The translations under genes were made by a program, and so were the position numbers. Below are positions 44,691 to 47,296 of a stretch of 47,296 nucleotides of DNA, in pieces. Under the pieces are notes generated by a model, which worked only from the letters and a program-made list of their open reading frames with translations, did not search any database and was not told the origin of the DNA. Every line of letters begins with the position of its first letter. The stretch's first letter is position 1. The stretch covers positions 1-47,296 of the forward strand of contig CAYIII010000003.1 of assembly GCA_964363475.1 (NCBI GenBank), given 5' to 3'. The stretch comes from an uncultured Candidatus Saccharibacteria bacterium (GTDB lineage: Bacteria; Patescibacteriota; Minisyncoccia; UBA6257; UBA11618).

Positions 44691-45831
44691 TGAATTTCTG
44701 GTGGAATATTTTAACGGAAGCCAGAACATTAACAATCTTTGAAACAGCTTGACCGTTGCCATAAAGATAATCGCGCTGATAACGGCCGCGCTTAATCTGT
44801 TTTAGAATAGCTTCGCTTATTTGTTGCTTATTAAAATCAACATCAAGAATATTTTTAGCGCGCTCTCTTGCCATCTGCCGATTTCCAACAATCACTGCCG
44901 GCACCCCCAAAAATGAGCCTTCGCGAATAAAACTGCTGGAATTGCCCACGCAACAGATCGCGTTATTAACTAATAGTAAATAATTTTCCGGCGACAGATT
45001 TTTTACAAAAAAAATGTTTGATTTTTCTTTTTCTCGAAAAACTCTAATAATTTTAGAAATCTCATCTGAACCTGCATCAACGTTAGGCCAAAACCAAATA
45101 GCAGGCACCTGCAAATCATTTATAGTCTCTAAAAGCAATTGCGTTCTTTTGCGGCCTTCTCCATAATCTGTAGTCACGGGATGAAAAGAAACTACTAAAT
45201 AGGACTTGGTTAAATCAATTGGTTGGCCAACCCCTTTAGGCAATATTTTTTTGGCTAAAGAAGCGGTTATTTTTAAATTAAGGCCTTTAATTAAGTCAAG
45301 CGACGGGCAACCCGTTGCATAAACCATTTTAGGATCTTCTCCCATTTTAATAATTCTTTCAGCGGTATTCTTATTAGTAGTGAAATGCACATGAGCTAAT
45401 TTTGTAACCGCGTGACGAACATGTTCGTCAATTGTGCCACTAACTTCTCCTCCCTGATTATGCGCCACCATGATATTTAAATAACTGGCGGCAATCGCGC
45501 CCGCCAACACTTCATAACGATCAGCATGTAAAAATACAATGTCGGGTTTTAGATTGCTGAATATTGTGGTTAATTCCAGTATTATCAAACCAGTCGTTTT
45601 GGCCATAGCGATTGGATTTTCTCCCTCAATAACAGAATAAAAAACAGAATTAATTTTAAATCCGTCTTTGATTAATAAACCAGATATTTCACCATAATTG
45701 CGTAAAACAGCCGAAGCTCCAACTACTAATTGCAACTCTAACTGCGGATGCTTTTTAATAGCCAATAAAACTGATTTTAATCTTCCATAATGAGCGCGGC
45801 TTGTGATAACTACACAAATCTTTCTTTTCAT
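44680..45831 (-). CDS. neuC: UDP-N-acetylglucosamine 2-epimerase (hydrolysing), NeuC family
   Basis: KICVVITSRAHYGRL, HADRYEVLAGAIAA, HNQGGEVSGTIDEHVRHAVTKLAHVHF. Confidence 0.85.
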   Translation of the reverse strand: MKRKICVVITSRAHYGRLKSVLLAIKKHPQLELQLVVGASAVLRNYGEISGLLIKDGFKINSVFYSVIEGENPIAMAKTTGLIILELTTIFSNLKPDIVFLHADRYEVLAGAIAASYLNIMVAHNQGGEVSGTIDEHVRHAVTKLAHVHFTTNKNTAERIIKMGEDPKMVYATGCPSLDLIKGLNLKITASLAKKILPKGVGQPIDLTKSYLVVSFHPVTTDYGEGRKRTQLLLETINDLQVPAIWFWPNVDAGSDEISKIIRVFREKEKSNIFFVKNLSPENYLLLVNNAICCVGNSSSFIREGSFLGVPAVIVGNRQMARERAKNILDVDFNKQQISEAILKQIKRGRYQRDYLYGNGQAVSKIVNVLASVKIFHQKFITY

Positions 45832-45832
45832 A

Positions 45833-46666
45833 TTAATTTCCTAAACGATTTGTGTATTTTTTTCTTACTGATAATTCTTCTTTAAACATACCCCTATTGC
45901 CATCGCCCATCATCTCCGCAACCAAATCACGCCAATCACAAATTTCCTTGAATACTCCCGGCTCGTCGGCTATTAAATGAGTCGTAATGGGTTTTGCTTT
46001 TTTATCATCAGAGGTCTTATGAAATGCCTGCGGCAAATGCCTGCTTAAAGTAAAATGTTTTTCTATAAAATCGGCCCCCATAGCTATAGCGATTTTAGAG
46101 GCCTCACTTCCCTGATAGTGGTCCGACAATCCCCATTTTGGCGCCAACGACTGCAACCATATCATTCTTTTTAAATTAACTTTATTTTTGGGCAACGGAT
46201 AAATAGAGACGCAATGCAAAAGAGCGTAATCGTGTCCTTTTAATACTTTTGTGGCCAGCTCAACTTCTTCCGGATGCGACATGCCGGTGGAAACAATAAC
46301 GGTCTTAAAATTCTTTCCGCATTCTTTTAACATCTCCTCCGATTTGCAATAAGTGCTGGGAATTTTGATGGTGTCCAAACCCAGTCCTTTCAGGAATGGA
46401 ATCCGCCCTCTATCAAAAATACTGGTTAAAAACTTGACTCCATATTTTTTACATTCATTGATTAATTCCCTATGAGCCAAATCTGACAACTCTAATTTTT
46501 TATAGCGCGCCTTGTCCGGGTCATTGTCTTTGACATTTTTTGCCTGCCACGACTGAAATTTAACATAATCAACGCCCGCCTCGGCGGCGGCTTTAATCAT
46601 TGCTTTGGCTAATTCCAAATCGCCATTATGACTGGAAGCTATCTCGGCGATAATTTTGGTTTTCAT
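45833..46666 (-). CDS. neuB: NeuB-family nonulosonic-acid (sialic-acid-type) synthase, TIM-barrel only
   Basis: IIAEIASSHNGDLELAKAMIKAAAEAGVDYVKFQ, STGMS, LHCVSIYP, SDHYQG and EKHFTL. Start set at MKTKIIAEI (46666) rather than 46711. No room for a C-terminal SAF domain. Confidence 0.78.
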   Translation of the reverse strand: MKTKIIAEIASSHNGDLELAKAMIKAAAEAGVDYVKFQSWQAKNVKDNDPDKARYKKLELSDLAHRELINECKKYGVKFLTSIFDRGRIPFLKGLGLDTIKIPSTYCKSEEMLKECGKNFKTVIVSTGMSHPEEVELATKVLKGHDYALLHCVSIYPLPKNKVNLKRMIWLQSLAPKWGLSDHYQGSEASKIAIAMGADFIEKHFTLSRHLPQAFHKTSDDKKAKPITTHLIADEPGVFKEICDWRDLVAEMMGDGNRGMFKEELSVRKKYTNRLGN

Positions 46667-46691
46667 GAAGAGTGATAATACAATAAAAAAT

Positions 46692-47276
46692 TTATAATGT
46701 ACAGCTGGCAATCAGCCAAATGCCGTCTTGCGGCCTTTTATCGTTTGGAAGCGTATAAAATTTAATTTTTCTAAAATAACAAGAAAGCAACGCTTGGAAA
46801 CTTAACTTGCTAAAGTGAGCTCTGTGAGCCGGCGCGTCCCAGCGCTGTCTCCCTTCGTCTTCATAATGTTTGGCGGGATAACGATTGGGAATAGAAATTA
46901 TTAAATTGCCCTTGAAATTCATTAAAGTTATTAATTCTTTTAGAACTTTGTCGTGTTCAGTATAGTCAATGTGCTCTAAGACCTCGGTAAAAAAAACGGT
47001 GTCAAATTTTATTTTTTGTTTTATAAGCTCATTCGGCATTGCCTTTAAAAAATTAATTTTCTGGCGCAGATTTTTTGGTAATTTTTTTAAGAATAAATTA
47101 GCTTGCTTAATCGCTTCAGAACGAATATCAATGCCTGTAACCAGATTCTTGTGATTTTTAGCGATTTCTAAAGTGATTAAGCCGTCACTGCAACCGACAT
47201 CAAGACAAGTAGCGCCGCAAGGCAGGCCAGCCAAAATCCTAACTCTCTCCGGATTATCCCTCAACTTTTTATACAA
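46692..47276 (-). CDS. Class I SAM-dependent methyltransferase
   Basis: Motif I CLDVGCSDG. Post-I acidic residue (GIDI). Motif II/III region (VFFTEVLEHI). Confidence 0.75.
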   Translation of the reverse strand: MYKKLRDNPERVRILAGLPCGATCLDVGCSDGLITLEIAKNHKNLVTGIDIRSEAIKQANLFLKKLPKNLRQKINFLKAMPNELIKQKIKFDTVFFTEVLEHIDYTEHDKVLKELITLMNFKGNLIISIPNRYPAKHYEDEGRQRWDAPAHRAHFSKLSFQALLSCYFRKIKFYTLPNDKRPQDGIWLIASCTL

Positions 47277-47296
47277 ATCCTCATCTTTTTTTCTTA

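Noticed and set aside
1-47296. CRISPR arrays, tRNA/rRNA genes, IS elements, integrases, prophage genes.
   Set aside because: The intergenic spacers are few and short and were read individually. No direct-repeat arrays, no tRNA T-loop/acceptor patterns and no transposase- or integrase-like ORFs were seen.

Overview
Low-GC, very tightly packed bacterial window. Reduced protein architectures point to a small-genome, CPR/Patescibacteria-like organism, but that is inference, not a database result: RpoA has no alpha-CTD, ProRS has no INS editing domain, L13 and HolB are short, and transketolase is split into two genes. No rRNA, tRNA, CRISPR array, transposase, integrase or reverse transcriptase was recognised.

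Layout:
(1) 39-21885 is almost entirely one minus-strand housekeeping array. It runs mrdA-mreD-mreC, then an oppositely oriented secreted HExxH protein, then mreB-proS-rseP-frr-holB-mreB2-murA. Next come rpsI-rplM, rplQ-rpoA-rpsD-rpsK-rpsM-rpmJ-infA and a 497-aa membrane protein. It ends with a pentose-phosphate/glycolysis block (tktC-tktN-rpe-rpiB-gap), DUF192 and a SpoU methyltransferase.
(2) 21.9-28.4 kb is a small accessory zone. It holds an orphan csrA and an 883-aa secreted protein (zinc-phospholipase-C-like domain plus two lamin-tail domains). It also holds a divergent GNAT / PaaX-like pair, trxB plus a glutaredoxin-like gene, an untracked 58-aa zinc-ribbon gene, and conspicuous palindromes and GC-rich structured DNA.
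(3) 28.4-47.3 kb is a roughly 19-kb surface-glycan island in four transcription units.

The best candidate for something undescribed is the minus-strand CDP-hexose operon at 35.2-42.8 kb. An acetolactate-synthase-like ThDP enzyme sits between rfbF and rfbG. It is joined by a Lys-to-His (ColD/E1-type) 3-dehydratase, a true aminotransferase, a GNAT and an ArnC-like polyprenyl-phosphate GT2, next to a 600+ aa GT-C-like membrane protein.

Sub-feature coordinates that I counted by hand may be off by 1-2 nt. ORF coordinates come from the supplied track.
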